A stretch of 63,283 nucleotides of DNA, filler included. It is 5 parts of 5 records of this genome, joined end to end, with 100 filler letters (N's around TTAATTAATTAA, not from the genome) between each part and the next. Parts side by side here need not be neighbours in the genome. Positions count along the whole stretch, not along the records: positions 1 to 28,558 come from SRR20825019_2689; 4 more parts are not named here. One strand, written 5' to 3'. Of the stretch, positions 9,690 to 20,312 are shown in pieces. Position numbers and translations under genes: made by a program. The stretch's first letter is position 1, and each line of letters opens with the position of its first letter. The notes below the pieces were generated by a model. It was given only the letters and a program-made list of their open reading frames with translations, made no database searches and was not told the DNA's origin.

Positions 9690-11063
9690 ATGAAAAAAAT
9701 ACTACCTCTGCTATTTGGCCTGCTTGCCATTCTTTGTGTTTCATTTGATGCAAGATCAGAGACTTTTCCACCAGACACAACAACCAATGTAATGGATAAA
9801 GCCTCGGCAGCTTATATGATTGAAGAAGGCAGAATGCTTTTTTCTGAGGGACGTGTAAAAGACGCACTTATCAAGTTTCGTCAGGCAGCAATTAAAGATC
9901 CGAATAGTTGGAAAGCTTCGTATTGGGTAAGTCAATGTCACTATAAATTAAACAACTACGGTTATGCAATGCGCTATGCGAAGGAAGCCGTTTCTCAGAG
10001 TAACGACAAAATAGATCCTGAAGTGTACTATGTGCTCGGTTGCATTTATCATAGATTAGGAAACTTAGACACTGCTACGATAAATTACAATTTAGCGATA
10101 GAATTGCTTCCAAAAAGACGATCTAAAGAATTAAGAATCGAGCATTTCGTGCTAGAATGTGAATTTGCGCGAGAAGAACTTAATAAAGAAACTTCCTACA
10201 CCCGCGCTAAACCAAAGGGAGATATTAATTCTGGATATGACGATTACAACATTGTACTAACGAAAGACGGAAAAGAAATGTATTTCACTTCAAGACGAAG
10301 TAATACAACTGGCGGAGGAATGAATCCCGATGATCAACAGTATTTCGAAGATGTTTACCGTGCGATTTGGAATCCAATTTCAAATTCTTGGGATAGTATT
10401 ACAAACGACCTTGGACGATTAAACTCAGACGGTTTTGATGCAATCAACTACATCTCTCCAGATGGGCTTAACGCTGTGATGACGGTTAATAATACTGCGA
10501 TAGACATGCGGAAAACCACCAGAGGATCGGATATTTGCGAAACAAAGCTTAGTAATAAAGGTCTTTGGGGCACACCAAAAGCAATTAAGAATAAATCCAT
10601 AAATACTTCATATTTCGAAGGTGCTGCGAGCTTAACTGCTGACGGAAACACCATGTACTTCGTATCTGATCGCAAGGGAGAAAAAAGTTCCACAGATATC
10701 TACGTAGTTCACAAATCTGGAAAGGCTTGGGGCGATGCAAAACCGCTTCCTATGACAGTTAACACGGAAGCTCGTGAAACGACACCTTATATCACTCCAG
10801 ATGGACGTTACTTGTTTTTTAGTTCAAACGGTCACGTTGGAATGGGTGGATTAGATATTTACGTTGTTGAAAATTTAGGAAGCACTTGGGGAACTCCTAT
10901 CAATTTAGGTAATGGAATTAACACTGTTAATGACGACACACATTTTGTGTATTTCGAAGCTTTGAAACGTGCATACATCGCAGGAGCTGAGATCATTGGA
11001 GACAAATCAAGTATTGATGCATACGAAGTAGACATGAGTAATTTCTCCTTTCCAGAAAAATAA
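9690..11063 (+). CDS. Secreted TPR + PD40 (WD40-like propeller) protein
   Basis: Signal peptide, TPR helices, repeated DGxxMYFxSxR / GMGGLDIY units. Confidence 0.8.
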   Translation: MKKILPLLFGLLAILCVSFDARSETFPPDTTTNVMDKASAAYMIEEGRMLFSEGRVKDALIKFRQAAIKDPNSWKASYWVSQCHYKLNNYGYAMRYAKEAVSQSNDKIDPEVYYVLGCIYHRLGNLDTATINYNLAIELLPKRRSKELRIEHFVLECEFAREELNKETSYTRAKPKGDINSGYDDYNIVLTKDGKEMYFTSRRSNTTGGGMNPDDQQYFEDVYRAIWNPISNSWDSITNDLGRLNSDGFDAINYISPDGLNAVMTVNNTAIDMRKTTRGSDICETKLSNKGLWGTPKAIKNKSINTSYFEGAASLTADGNTMYFVSDRKGEKSSTDIYVVHKSGKAWGDAKPLPMTVNTEARETTPYITPDGRYLFFSSNGHVGMGGLDIYVVENLGSTWGTPINLGNGINTVNDDTHFVYFEALKRAYIAGAEIIGDKSSIDAYEVDMSNFSFPEK

Positions 11064-11147
11064 GTGCCCTGCTTTTATGGAATACTAATTTTCGTGCATC
11101 TTTATTACGCTGCCTCGGTAGCTTTCTAGTAGTTAAAATTATTCCGT

Positions 11148-13097
11148 ATGAAAGCAATTATCACACTGTTTTGTTTAGCGATTACATCTTCGTTCTTCGC
11201 TCAAAAAGAAATTAATGTAAGTTCATCTATTAAAGATGTCACCGTGTTCTTTCAAGGAGCACAAGTCTTCCAATCCCAGAAAGCGGCAGTTCCAAAAGGT
11301 CGCCAATTCATTGTATTTGAAAAGCTAACTGATTTCATTGATCCGAACTCCGTTCAAGTAAAAGCAACGGGAGATTTGACCATCCTTTCGGTGAAGACTA
11401 GAAAAAACTTCGAAGACCTCAAAATGTCTACTTCTGAAATCAACGAGTTGACCGAACGAAGAAAGAAATTGGAAACCCGTGAATCGCTTTTGTCGAATGA
11501 ATACGGAATTCTCTCTTTGGACAGCGACTTACTTATGCGAAATCGCGATCTAAAAGGAAATGAAAAAGGACTTTCCGTTGCAGAATTGAAGGAAGCATTT
11601 TCCTTCATGCATACAAAAATTGCCGAAATTGTCAGTCGCCAAACGGAAATTGAAACCGAATTGGAAGCGCTTTCGAAAGAAATTAATCGAATCGATCAAG
11701 AAATCTCAAGTGTTCGAACAAAACCTGTTGTCAATTACACAGAAGTAGTCATTGAGATTGAAGCCGACAAACAAACAAATGCCGAGTTTTTCATTTCATA
11801 CATTACTCCAAAAGCATCATGGACGCCTTACTACGATTTGCGAAGTGATGGAATTGGACAACCGATTCTCCTACAAGCTAAGGCAAATGTGAGTCAAACA
11901 ACGGGTATAGAATGGAACGACGTGCGTTTAGTACTTTCGACCAACGATCCTTACGAAAACACCAAAGAACCAGAAATAAAGCCTTGGGGAATTTTCTATT
12001 ACAATCAACCTCAGCAAAAGCAGCATTATTCGCGACAAGTGCCAACCTATGATTATTCTGGGGAAAAATTGCGAGGTGAAGCCATCGATGCGGCGACAAG
12101 TGAATCATTACCATTTACGAAAATCACTTTTCCTGGATTCCCAAATGTAGGGACCGTAACAGACTTTGACGGAAAATTTGAAATCGTGATTCCAAAAGGT
12201 GCAACAACAGTGAAAGCAGAGTACATTGGGTACGGAAGTCAAACATTGTCGATTACTTCTCCTTATTTGAAATTCTTCTTAGCACCAGATCAGCAGCAAA
12301 TTCAAGAAGTAGTTATTTCAAGTAAATCCATTGACCGACTGCCGACTATAGCATCAGAAAATGATATCTCGGGTGTTTATAGTATGAGAAGCAAAAGAAA
12401 AGACCGATCTCTCGCCGAATCCAGATATAAGAGTGCGTCTATCGATGCTAATTACGCAACTACCGTTGCAACAACGGTAGTTCAAAAAGACTTACGTGTG
12501 GAGTACACTATTGAATCTACATTTACGATTCCATCCAACGGACAGCAACAGAGGGTTTCTATCGCTGAATACAAATTACCTGCTCAATACGAATACCATT
12601 CTGTCCCGAAACTCGATCCAACGGTGTATTTAGTCGCTAACACATCGGGTTGGGAAAAGCTGAATTTACTCAACGGAGAATCGAACCTTTACTTTGACGG
12701 AACGTACATTGGAAAAACGTATGTTGATGCAAATTCATTGAAAGATACACTTACATTTTCGCTTGGAAAAGACAGCAAAATGCAAATTGAACGAACTCGG
12801 ATTTCCGAGAAAAGTTCGAACCGCGTGTTTGGATCGCGTCGAAAATTTGATGTTGCTTGGGAAATCAACGTAAAAAACAACGGAGGGGCTTCCATTCCGC
12901 TTATTATTAAAGATCAATTCCCGTATTCAACGGATTCTGACATCAAAATAAAGTATGGTGAGTATGTTGGCGCAACGCTTAATGATAAAACGTTTATTCT
13001 AACGTGGAAAACGACCACATCGCCTTCTACGAAACAATCATTTACATTCGACTACAGAGTGGACTATGATGCTTCGAAGGCGCTGTACTTGGAATAA
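11148..13097 (+). CDS. DUF4140/DUF4139 protein with carboxypeptidase-regulatory-like domain
   Basis: VTVFFQGAQV N-terminus, coiled coil, ASWTPYYDLR, VSQTTGIEW, TDFDGKFEI, FDGTYIGKT. Confidence 0.8.
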   Translation: MKAIITLFCLAITSSFFAQKEINVSSSIKDVTVFFQGAQVFQSQKAAVPKGRQFIVFEKLTDFIDPNSVQVKATGDLTILSVKTRKNFEDLKMSTSEINELTERRKKLETRESLLSNEYGILSLDSDLLMRNRDLKGNEKGLSVAELKEAFSFMHTKIAEIVSRQTEIETELEALSKEINRIDQEISSVRTKPVVNYTEVVIEIEADKQTNAEFFISYITPKASWTPYYDLRSDGIGQPILLQAKANVSQTTGIEWNDVRLVLSTNDPYENTKEPEIKPWGIFYYNQPQQKQHYSRQVPTYDYSGEKLRGEAIDAATSESLPFTKITFPGFPNVGTVTDFDGKFEIVIPKGATTVKAEYIGYGSQTLSITSPYLKFFLAPDQQQIQEVVISSKSIDRLPTIASENDISGVYSMRSKRKDRSLAESRYKSASIDANYATTVATTVVQKDLRVEYTIESTFTIPSNGQQQRVSIAEYKLPAQYEYHSVPKLDPTVYLVANTSGWEKLNLLNGESNLYFDGTYIGKTYVDANSLKDTLTFSLGKDSKMQIERTRISEKSSNRVFGSRRKFDVAWEINVKNNGGASIPLIIKDQFPYSTDSDIKIKYGEYVGATLNDKTFILTWKTTTSPSTKQSFTFDYRVDYDASKALYLE

Positions 13098-13319
13098 ACA
13101 CTTTCGTCACAATAGTGAGTATTAATCACAACAATGTGTTTGAGATTTTCCTCACATAAAATTCATCATCAATCCTAATTCTTTGTAAAGAATTTAAATC
13201 CCTCTTGCGTACTTGTGAGAGGGATTGCGGTTTTAAACAGAAACTAGTCGCGAGAACGCATCCTTTTATTTTTAGTGGCACTTCTATTGAAGCATATTCA
13301 GAGAAAAAACTATGAAAAT

Positions 13320-14021
13320 ATGATGTTAACGAATAAAATATCCGGGAAAATTATAGCAACTACGCTTATTGGTGGATTACTGATTTCAGCAGGACTTCCT
13401 TCATGCGGGTTAAGCAACAAGGCAAAAGGAGGAATCATTGGAGGTACCACAGGCGGAGTGATTGGCGGACTCATCGGTCATCAGTCGGACAACACAGCTG
13501 TTGGAATTCTTATCGGAACAGCGGTAGGAGGAACAGCGGGTGTACTCATCGGTAGACACATGGACAAGCAAGCCGAAGAACTTCAAAAAGATTTGAAAGG
13601 AGCGACGGTTCAACGCGTTGGAGAAGGAATTTTAATCACTTTTAATGAGGGGATGAACTTTGAAGTCGATTCTTATTCTGTTCCTTCCAATGGAACAACA
13701 AACCTCAAAGAACTCTCTGAGGTTCTTCAGAAATACGAGGATACAGAAATTCTAATCGAAGGTCATACAGATGATACTGGTGCTGATGATTACAATCAAG
13801 AGCTTTCCGAAAAAAGAGCCAATTCAGTGAAGAGGTATTTGATATCTCAAGGAGTAAAGGCAAGTAGACTTACTTCAATTGGTTATGGTGAAGAGCAACC
13901 GATAAGTGACAACACTACGGCAAATGGAAGAAAAGAAAACCGACGAGTGGAAGTTGCCATCTATGCGAATGATAAAATGGCAAAGGCCGCTAAGAAAGGT
14001 GAACTTGGTTCTGTTGAATAA
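13320..14021 (+). CDS. OmpA-family lipoprotein with glycine zipper (YiaD-like)
   Basis: LPSC lipobox, GGxxGGxxG zipper, EGHTDDTG, LSEKRA, NRRVE; start uncertain. Confidence 0.88.
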   Translation: MMLTNKISGKIIATTLIGGLLISAGLPSCGLSNKAKGGIIGGTTGGVIGGLIGHQSDNTAVGILIGTAVGGTAGVLIGRHMDKQAEELQKDLKGATVQRVGEGILITFNEGMNFEVDSYSVPSNGTTNLKELSEVLQKYEDTEILIEGHTDDTGADDYNQELSEKRANSVKRYLISQGVKASRLTSIGYGEEQPISDNTTANGRKENRRVEVAIYANDKMAKAAKKGELGSVE

Positions 14022-14052
14022 CCAAAACTTCAATTATTAAATTTTAATATTC

Positions 14053-14083
14053 AAAGGAATGGGCGTTAGTTCATTCCTTTTTT
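14053..14083 (+). terminator. Rho-independent terminator
   Basis: AAAGGAATG...CATTCCTTT plus T run. Confidence 0.75.
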
Positions 14084-14111
14084 CATTTCAGAATATCTCA
14101 TTCGAGAAATG

Positions 14112-14119
14112 TATCTTTG
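14112..14119 (+). promoter_or_regulatory. Bacteroidota -7 promoter element TAnnTTTG (also 8755-8762, 18064-18071, 24509-24516, and 8706-8713 on the minus strand)
   Basis: TATCTTTG 4 nt before the truA ATG; same consensus before several other genes. Confidence 0.65.
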
Positions 14120-14123
14120 ACAA

Positions 14124-14858
14124 ATGCAACGGTATTTGATTGAACTCTCTTACAACGGTTCCACATTTAATGGATGGCAACGACAGCCAAATGCTCCATC
14201 TGTGCAGCAGTGCATCGAAGAGTGTTTGTCGAAAGTTCATTCACATCAAAAAATAACCGTTTTTGGTTGCGGGAGAACAGATACTGGTGTACATGCTAAG
14301 CATTATGTGTTACACGTTCACCTTCCCGAAGTGGCTGATCCTGAAAACTTCATCTTTAGGATGAATAAATTACTTCCCGAGCAGATTGCGTTGCACACTA
14401 TTCAAGAAGTAACGGAAAGTTTCCATGCACGTTTTGATGCCACACTTCGGACGTATCGCTATTTTGTTCATCGCAAAAAAGATCCCTTTCGATTTGAACA
14501 AAGCTGGTATGTTCCGAAAGAACTTGACCTTGATAAAATGAATGAAGCGGCGAAGCATTTACTCGGAAAACAGGATTTCACTTCGCTTTCTAAACTTCAC
14601 ACAGATGTGAAAACGAATATCTGCGATGTCTCGGTTGCTAGATGGGTCCAGGTTGATGAACATTCACTTTACTTCGAAATTTCAGCTGATCGTTTTTTAA
14701 GAAACATGGTTCGCGCAACTGTAGGAACACTCGTTGATGTTGGTCTCGGAAAAATTGCTCCAGAAGAAATTCTTAACATTCTGGCGGCAAAAGATCGCCA
14801 GGCTGCCTCGATTTCGGTTCCAGCGCATGGGTTGTTTTTGTGGGAAGTGGAGTATTGA
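14124..14858 (+). CDS. truA: tRNA pseudouridine(38-40) synthase
   Basis: GWQRQP, GRTDTGVHA, FHARF, FLRNMVR, PAHGLFL. Confidence 0.96.
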   Translation: MQRYLIELSYNGSTFNGWQRQPNAPSVQQCIEECLSKVHSHQKITVFGCGRTDTGVHAKHYVLHVHLPEVADPENFIFRMNKLLPEQIALHTIQEVTESFHARFDATLRTYRYFVHRKKDPFRFEQSWYVPKELDLDKMNEAAKHLLGKQDFTSLSKLHTDVKTNICDVSVARWVQVDEHSLYFEISADRFLRNMVRATVGTLVDVGLGKIAPEEILNILAAKDRQAASISVPAHGLFLWEVEY

Positions 14859-14941
14859 AAACTACCGAGCAAAATCTTCTTCCTCCGAAAGCTGAGCGAA
14901 GTCGAAGTCGAGGAGGGATTGATCAAATGACTTCTACGCAG

Positions 14942-16216
14942 TTACTCAACAATAATAACGTAGTTGTCTTTCTTTCCTTTACTTAGCAATACTGCTTTTC
15001 CGTGCAACAAATCTGTTTCAGAAAGCGTATAATCAACCTTCACCTTCACCTTGTTCACAGCAACTGCATTTCCTTGAATCAATTTTCTCGCTTCACCGTT
15101 AGACCTCACAAATCCCGTTTTCGCAGACATTGCATCTATGATCCCTACCCCTTCGAAATCTGTCTTGGACATCTTCACTGTTGGTAGCTCTTCAATTACA
15201 TCATCAAAATCCTTTACTGGAAGTTTCGCTATTGCGTCAATCGATTTATCAAACATGGCAGCAGAAGCACGAATTGCTCCTTCCAATGCATCTTTTCCAT
15301 GAACACGCTCAGTAATATCTTCCGCCAACGCTTTTTGCAACACTCTCATATCAGGAGCAGGTCTGTGCTCTTCGATCAACGCTTCAATCTCTTCTTTTCC
15401 TTTTAATGTGAAAATTCGGATATAGTTTTCTGCGTCAGAATCTGAAGCATTCAACCAAAACTGGTAGAATTTGTATGGTGACGTTCTATTTGGATCCAAC
15501 CAAACACTTCCTCCTTCTGTTTTTCCGAATTTTGTTCCGTCCGCTTTCTTGATCAACGGCGTAGTAACAGCATACGCTTCTCCTCCCCCCTTTCTTCGGA
15601 TAAGTTCTGTTCCAGTTACAATGTTTCCCCATTGATCAGATCCGCCCAATTGAATGATGCAATTTTTATGCTTATTCAAATGGTAAAAATCGTATCCTTG
15701 AACCAATTGGTAAGAGAACTCGGTAAAGGACATTCCTGTTTCTAAACGCGATTTTACAGAATCCTTTGCCATCATGTAGTTGACAGAAAGATGCTTTCCA
15801 ATGTCTCTGATGAAGTCTAAAAACGACATTTCTTTGAACCAATCGTAATTGTTCACCATTTCGGCAGAGTTCGCTCCTCCATCAAAATCCAGAAACTGTT
15901 CCAATTGTTTTTTAACACACGCTACATTATGATTGAGTGTTTCTGCATCCAGTAAATTTCGTTCTTGCGATTTTCCAGATGGATCTCCCACCATTCCTGT
16001 TGCTCCACCAACCAACGCAAACGGTTTATGTCCCGCACGCTGAAAGTGAACCAATGTCATTATTTGCACTAAATGTCCAACGTGAAGTGAATCCGCTGTT
16101 GGATCAAACCCAATATATCCGGCAGAAACTTGCTTGTTCAACGCTTCTTCTGTTCCTGGCATTATGTCGTGGATCATTCCTCTCCACGTTAACTCTTCAA
16201 TAAAATTCTTTGGCAT
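14942..16216 (-). CDS. tyrS: Tyrosine--tRNA ligase
   Basis: GFDPTADSLHVGH, GGSDQWGN, KFGKT; C-terminal S4 domain. Confidence 0.97.
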   Translation of the reverse strand: MPKNFIEELTWRGMIHDIMPGTEEALNKQVSAGYIGFDPTADSLHVGHLVQIMTLVHFQRAGHKPFALVGGATGMVGDPSGKSQERNLLDAETLNHNVACVKKQLEQFLDFDGGANSAEMVNNYDWFKEMSFLDFIRDIGKHLSVNYMMAKDSVKSRLETGMSFTEFSYQLVQGYDFYHLNKHKNCIIQLGGSDQWGNIVTGTELIRRKGGGEAYAVTTPLIKKADGTKFGKTEGGSVWLDPNRTSPYKFYQFWLNASDSDAENYIRIFTLKGKEEIEALIEEHRPAPDMRVLQKALAEDITERVHGKDALEGAIRASAAMFDKSIDAIAKLPVKDFDDVIEELPTVKMSKTDFEGVGIIDAMSAKTGFVRSNGEARKLIQGNAVAVNKVKVKVDYTLSETDLLHGKAVLLSKGKKDNYVIIVE

Positions 16217-16221
16217 TGTCT

Positions 16222-17124
16222 TTACTTATTTGTCAAGCGCTTAAACGCTTCTTCAAGAGATTCTTGTTCTTTTCTTAATGTTAAAATCAATAGGTCCTGA
16301 TCTTGGGCGAATTTTGAAATTGCCTTCCGTAGATCTATCGTTCCTCGGGATTCTAATAACCAACCTTCGTGCAATTTCTCCACTTTGCTCACACCATTGA
16401 TCTTCGATAATTGATTTTTATTCACTGTTCCTTCCAACTCAACGTAAATCGTTTGGATTTTGCTATCAAACTGGATGTCTTTTGCTTTATTATCGGCAAC
16501 AATCTCACCTTTATTAATAATCACTACACGGTCGCAAATAGCTTCCACTTCTTGCATAATGTGCGTAGAAAGCATTACTGTTTTTTCCTTTCCAATTTTT
16601 CGAATCAACTCTCTGATCTCGGCCAATTGATTTGGATCTAACCCAGAAGTAGGCTCATCTAAAATAAGCACTTCAGGATCGTGAATAATCGCCTGTGCTA
16701 ATCCAACACGTTGACGATAACCTTTGGAAAGTGCACCAATTTTCTTGTTCTGTTCAATGTCCAGACCAACAGCTTTCACCATGTCCGAAACTCGGTCTTT
16801 TACATCAGAAACTTTGTAAATCTTTCCAACAAAGGCGAGATATTCTTTCACGTACATGTCCAGATAAAGCGGATTATTCTCAGGCAAATACCCGATTTTT
16901 CGGCGTGTATCTAAACTATCGACTGTTACAGGCATTCCACAAACTGTCACCTTTCCTGATGACGATGGAATATACCCCGTTAAAATCTTCATTGTAGTTG
17001 ACTTACCCGCACCGTTTGGACCAAGAAAAGCTAAAATTTCTCCTTTATTGACTTTGAAAGAAATATCCTTCACCGCCGCTTGATCTCCGTAATACTTGAA
17101 TAGGTTTTTTACCTCAATTGACAT
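16222..17124 (-). CDS. gldA: Gliding-motility ABC transporter ATPase
   Basis: GPNGAGKST, LSKGYRQRVG, LDEPTSGLDPNQL, GYLPENNPLYLDMYV; Flavobacteriales context. Confidence 0.82.
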   Translation of the reverse strand: MSIEVKNLFKYYGDQAAVKDISFKVNKGEILAFLGPNGAGKSTTMKILTGYIPSSSGKVTVCGMPVTVDSLDTRRKIGYLPENNPLYLDMYVKEYLAFVGKIYKVSDVKDRVSDMVKAVGLDIEQNKKIGALSKGYRQRVGLAQAIIHDPEVLILDEPTSGLDPNQLAEIRELIRKIGKEKTVMLSTHIMQEVEAICDRVVIINKGEIVADNKAKDIQFDSKIQTIYVELEGTVNKNQLSKINGVSKVEKLHEGWLLESRGTIDLRKAISKFAQDQDLLILTLRKEQESLEEAFKRLTNK

Positions 17125-17320
17125 GACACTCTGTTTGAACCACGAATTTAAGCAATATTCAAAGAAGCTGGTCGCAGATGGGTCGCTTTTGCTCTAAAAA
17201 GCCAATCTTGTGTACTTAGGAACCTTGAATGAAGAGCAAAATGCAATTTATCACGAGAGATCCAACGATTTACAGACTTGATTCGTTAGATTTACTGGAA
17301 CTAACTCCACGAATTCAGTT

Positions 17321-17998
17321 ATGAAAAAAATCATTCTTCTCTTTCTGTTACTTTCAAGTCAAGCCATTGGTCAACAACGAATTGGAATAGACTTAAGCAC
17401 GCGAATGTCTAATTTGAATCTGACTGTTCACTACCAGCGAGTTCTCAAAGGTAATTTGTTGTTTTCTGGCGGATTGTTTTACGGGAGTATGGGACAGGGG
17501 TATCATCTAGGCGACACTCTTCAAATTCTCTCTGGATTCCCCGTATTATCTCCTTACGACAATGTAAACCAACCGATTATCGATAGTGCTGGCACGTCTT
17601 CATTAATCGAATATATTCAGAAAGGTCGCACAGGTGGAATTCAATTTGGATTGGGCTATTTTCACGAGTTTGATGTTCAACATGGTATTCGTTTCAACGT
17701 GAATACACGTTTTGGCTATGCTCAACAAAGAACAACAGGATTTTATTGGAGTGAAGACACAAGAAAAAATCGAGCAAAGCAATTTTACAATGGAAATTTA
17801 TTTGGTGGTGTGACGATGGAGGCATATCATACCATTCGCACTTCAGGACGGCTAACATTTTACTATGGCGTAAAAGTTCCGTATTATTTCTCGCTAGATA
17901 AATCCAAGTTTAATCCACGACACACTACAGACGTTCTTTATGGCTTTGAACCTGAACTTTCGATTGGCTTTACACGTGTGATTGGCAAGTGTGAATAA
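17321..17998 (+). CDS. Hypothetical exported protein, probable beta-barrel
   Basis: Signal peptide; alternating aromatic/Gly beta strands. Confidence 0.55.
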   Translation: MKKIILLFLLLSSQAIGQQRIGIDLSTRMSNLNLTVHYQRVLKGNLLFSGGLFYGSMGQGYHLGDTLQILSGFPVLSPYDNVNQPIIDSAGTSSLIEYIQKGRTGGIQFGLGYFHEFDVQHGIRFNVNTRFGYAQQRTTGFYWSEDTRKNRAKQFYNGNLFGGVTMEAYHTIRTSGRLTFYYGVKVPYYFSLDKSKFNPRHTTDVLYGFEPELSIGFTRVIGKCE

Positions 17999-18076
17999 GC
18001 GATATTCAACATCAATGGTTCATTGAGAAGCTTAAACAATTTCTCACTTTCAAATTATCCAAGTATCTTTGAATCA

Positions 18077-19021
18077 ATGAATGGAAAAGTCCTAAAATCT
18101 ACAGGAAAATGGTATCACGTTGAATTGGAAGATGGTTCAATCGTAAATTGCAGAATTCGCGGGCGATTGCGACTTGACGGTCTCAAAACAACGAATCCAG
18201 TCGCTGTGGGAGATATTGTTGTTCTTTCGGATAAAATTGATGAAGAAGGAAATCGTGTTATTGACGACTTTCTTCCACGAACAAATTATATCGTTCGAAA
18301 ATCGACGAATTTATCGAAGCAAAAACAAATGTTGGCGGTGAATATTGATCGCGCATACTTGCTTGTCACACTTCGATCTCCAGATACGCATTTAGCATTT
18401 ATTGATCGCTTCTTAGTTTCGGCTGAATCTTTTCGAATTCCGACTACCTTGCTTTTCAATAAAATGGATTTGTACACCGAAGATGAGCGGGAATACGTTG
18501 ATGCTTTATGCGATATGTACGAGCGAATTGGATATAAGTGCGTACAAATATCGGCTTCCAATAAAGAGAATATAGCATTTCTGAAAGATGAAATTGCGGG
18601 GAATCAGGTAATGATTTCAGGTCACAGCGGTGTTGGAAAAAGTACATTGGTAAACGCATTGGATCCGAACTTGACTATTAAAACAGGCGCCATTTCTAAT
18701 GCTCATCAACAAGGGCAGCATACAACCACGTTTGCGGAAATGCATAAACTTGAATCAGGAGGTTACATTGTTGACACCCCTGGAATTCGTGCGTTTGGCA
18801 TAGTGGATTTAGAAAAAGAAGTGATGTCACATTATTTTCCAGAAATGCGTGAGCGAATGGATGGATGTAAGTTCAACAATTGCCAACACATGAACGAACC
18901 GAAATGCGCTATTAAAGACGCTTTGGAGACAGGAGAAATTGATGAGAGTAGATATATTACTTATCGACAATTGATGCTCGAAGACCAATCGGAAACGTAT
19001 AGAAAAAATGAATTCGCATGA
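18077..19021 (+). CDS. rsgA: Ribosome small subunit-dependent GTPase A
   Basis: OB fold, NKMD, GHSGVGKST, HTTT, DTPG, CKFNNCQH-EPKC zinc finger. Confidence 0.96.
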   Translation: MNGKVLKSTGKWYHVELEDGSIVNCRIRGRLRLDGLKTTNPVAVGDIVVLSDKIDEEGNRVIDDFLPRTNYIVRKSTNLSKQKQMLAVNIDRAYLLVTLRSPDTHLAFIDRFLVSAESFRIPTTLLFNKMDLYTEDEREYVDALCDMYERIGYKCVQISASNKENIAFLKDEIAGNQVMISGHSGVGKSTLVNALDPNLTIKTGAISNAHQQGQHTTTFAEMHKLESGGYIVDTPGIRAFGIVDLEKEVMSHYFPEMRERMDGCKFNNCQHMNEPKCAIKDALETGEIDESRYITYRQLMLEDQSETYRKNEFA

Positions 19022-19470
19022 GAGTTCTAATTCAGCGGGTGAGTGAAGCATCGGTTAAAATTGATGACCAAATTAAGGGTTCGATACCTCGTGGGATGCT
19101 CATTTTAGTTGGAATTGAAACGGAAGATACAGAAGATGATCTTAATTGGCTCATTCAAAAAATAGCAGGATTGCGCATTTTCTCAGATTCTGAAGGGAAA
19201 ATGAATTTATCCTATAAAGAAGTAAATGGACGATTTTTAGTCATCAGCCAATTTACACTCCACGCTTCCACTAAAAAAGGAAACAGACCAAGTTATATTC
19301 GTGCTGCGAGACCAGAGCAAGCGATTCCTCTCTATGAGCTGTTTGTAGAAAAATTGGGGAATGAAACGAGTACCAAAATTGAAACAGGAGAGTTTGGAGC
19401 TGACATGAAGGTTTCGTTAGTAAATGACGGTCCTGTTACCATTTGGATGGACTCAAAAAACCGAGAATAA
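19018..19470 (+). CDS. dtd: D-aminoacyl-tRNA deacylase
   Basis: MRVLIQRV, SQFTL, NDGPVT. Confidence 0.96.
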   Translation: MRVLIQRVSEASVKIDDQIKGSIPRGMLILVGIETEDTEDDLNWLIQKIAGLRIFSDSEGKMNLSYKEVNGRFLVISQFTLHASTKKGNRPSYIRAARPEQAIPLYELFVEKLGNETSTKIETGEFGADMKVSLVNDGPVTIWMDSKNRE

Positions 19471-19796
19471 TGCAGATAAAACAAGCCCAAGAAATCGTTG
19501 ATAAATGGATCAAGGAATATGGAGTAAGGTATTTCGATGAACTAACCAATACTGCCATGTTGATGGAAGAAGTGGGTGAAGTTGCGCGAATAATGGCACG
19601 CAGATACGGAGAGCAAAGCGAAAAAGAGAGTGACAAAAACAAAGATTTGGGAGACGAACTCGCTGACGTGATGTTTGTGCTCATCTGCCTTGCGAATCAG
19701 ACAGGAATAAATCTTGAAGAAGCATTAACGAAAAATCTTGAAAAGAAAACCAACCGCGATTTCGACCGTCACAAGAATAATCAGAAATTGAGTTAA
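19470..19796 (+). CDS. MazG-like nucleotide pyrophosphohydrolase (YpjD-like)
   Basis: EEVGEVAR...DELADV motif. Confidence 0.88.
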   Translation: MQIKQAQEIVDKWIKEYGVRYFDELTNTAMLMEEVGEVARIMARRYGEQSEKESDKNKDLGDELADVMFVLICLANQTGINLEEALTKNLEKKTNRDFDRHKNNQKLS

Positions 19797-19813
19797 CTAA
19801 ATTCAAAAACGCT

Positions 19814-20293
19814 ATGACACCTGTTTTTAAGAAGTTGAATTTCAAAGATCAACCAAGTATAGTTGCAATAAATGCCCCTGATTCATTTCAAGATGAATTG
19901 AAAGCAATGAGCAAACTTGCGGCGATTTCGAATAATTTGTCGGATGTAAAAGAGATTGATTTTGCGATCGCTTTCGTAACGAAAAAACAGGAAATTGAAA
20001 CTGTAATTAAAGAACTTTTCCCAAAAATGAAAGGCGATCCAACTGTTTGGTTCTGCTATCCAAAAGGAACATCCAAGAAATACAAATGTGACTTTAATCG
20101 CGACCACGGTTGGGGAGAATTAGGAAATTACGAGTTGGAGCCAGTCCGTCAGGTTGCAATTGACGAAGATTGGAGTGCGTTGCGTTTCCGAAAGATTGAG
20201 TTTATTAAAAACTTCACGCGAAGGAAAGAAATGGTTCTCTCGGAGAAAGGAAAAACCAGGGTTTCGGCTCCGAACAGCTCGCTAGGGAAATAG
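19814..20293 (+). CDS. Conserved hypothetical protein
   Basis: YPKGTSK...NRD...VAIDEDWSALRF motif. Confidence 0.7.
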   Translation: MTPVFKKLNFKDQPSIVAINAPDSFQDELKAMSKLAAISNNLSDVKEIDFAIAFVTKKQEIETVIKELFPKMKGDPTVWFCYPKGTSKKYKCDFNRDHGWGELGNYELEPVRQVAIDEDWSALRFRKIEFIKNFTRRKEMVLSEKGKTRVSAPNSSLGK

Positions 20294-20312
20294 AAGGTGG
20301 GCTTCGGCTCCG

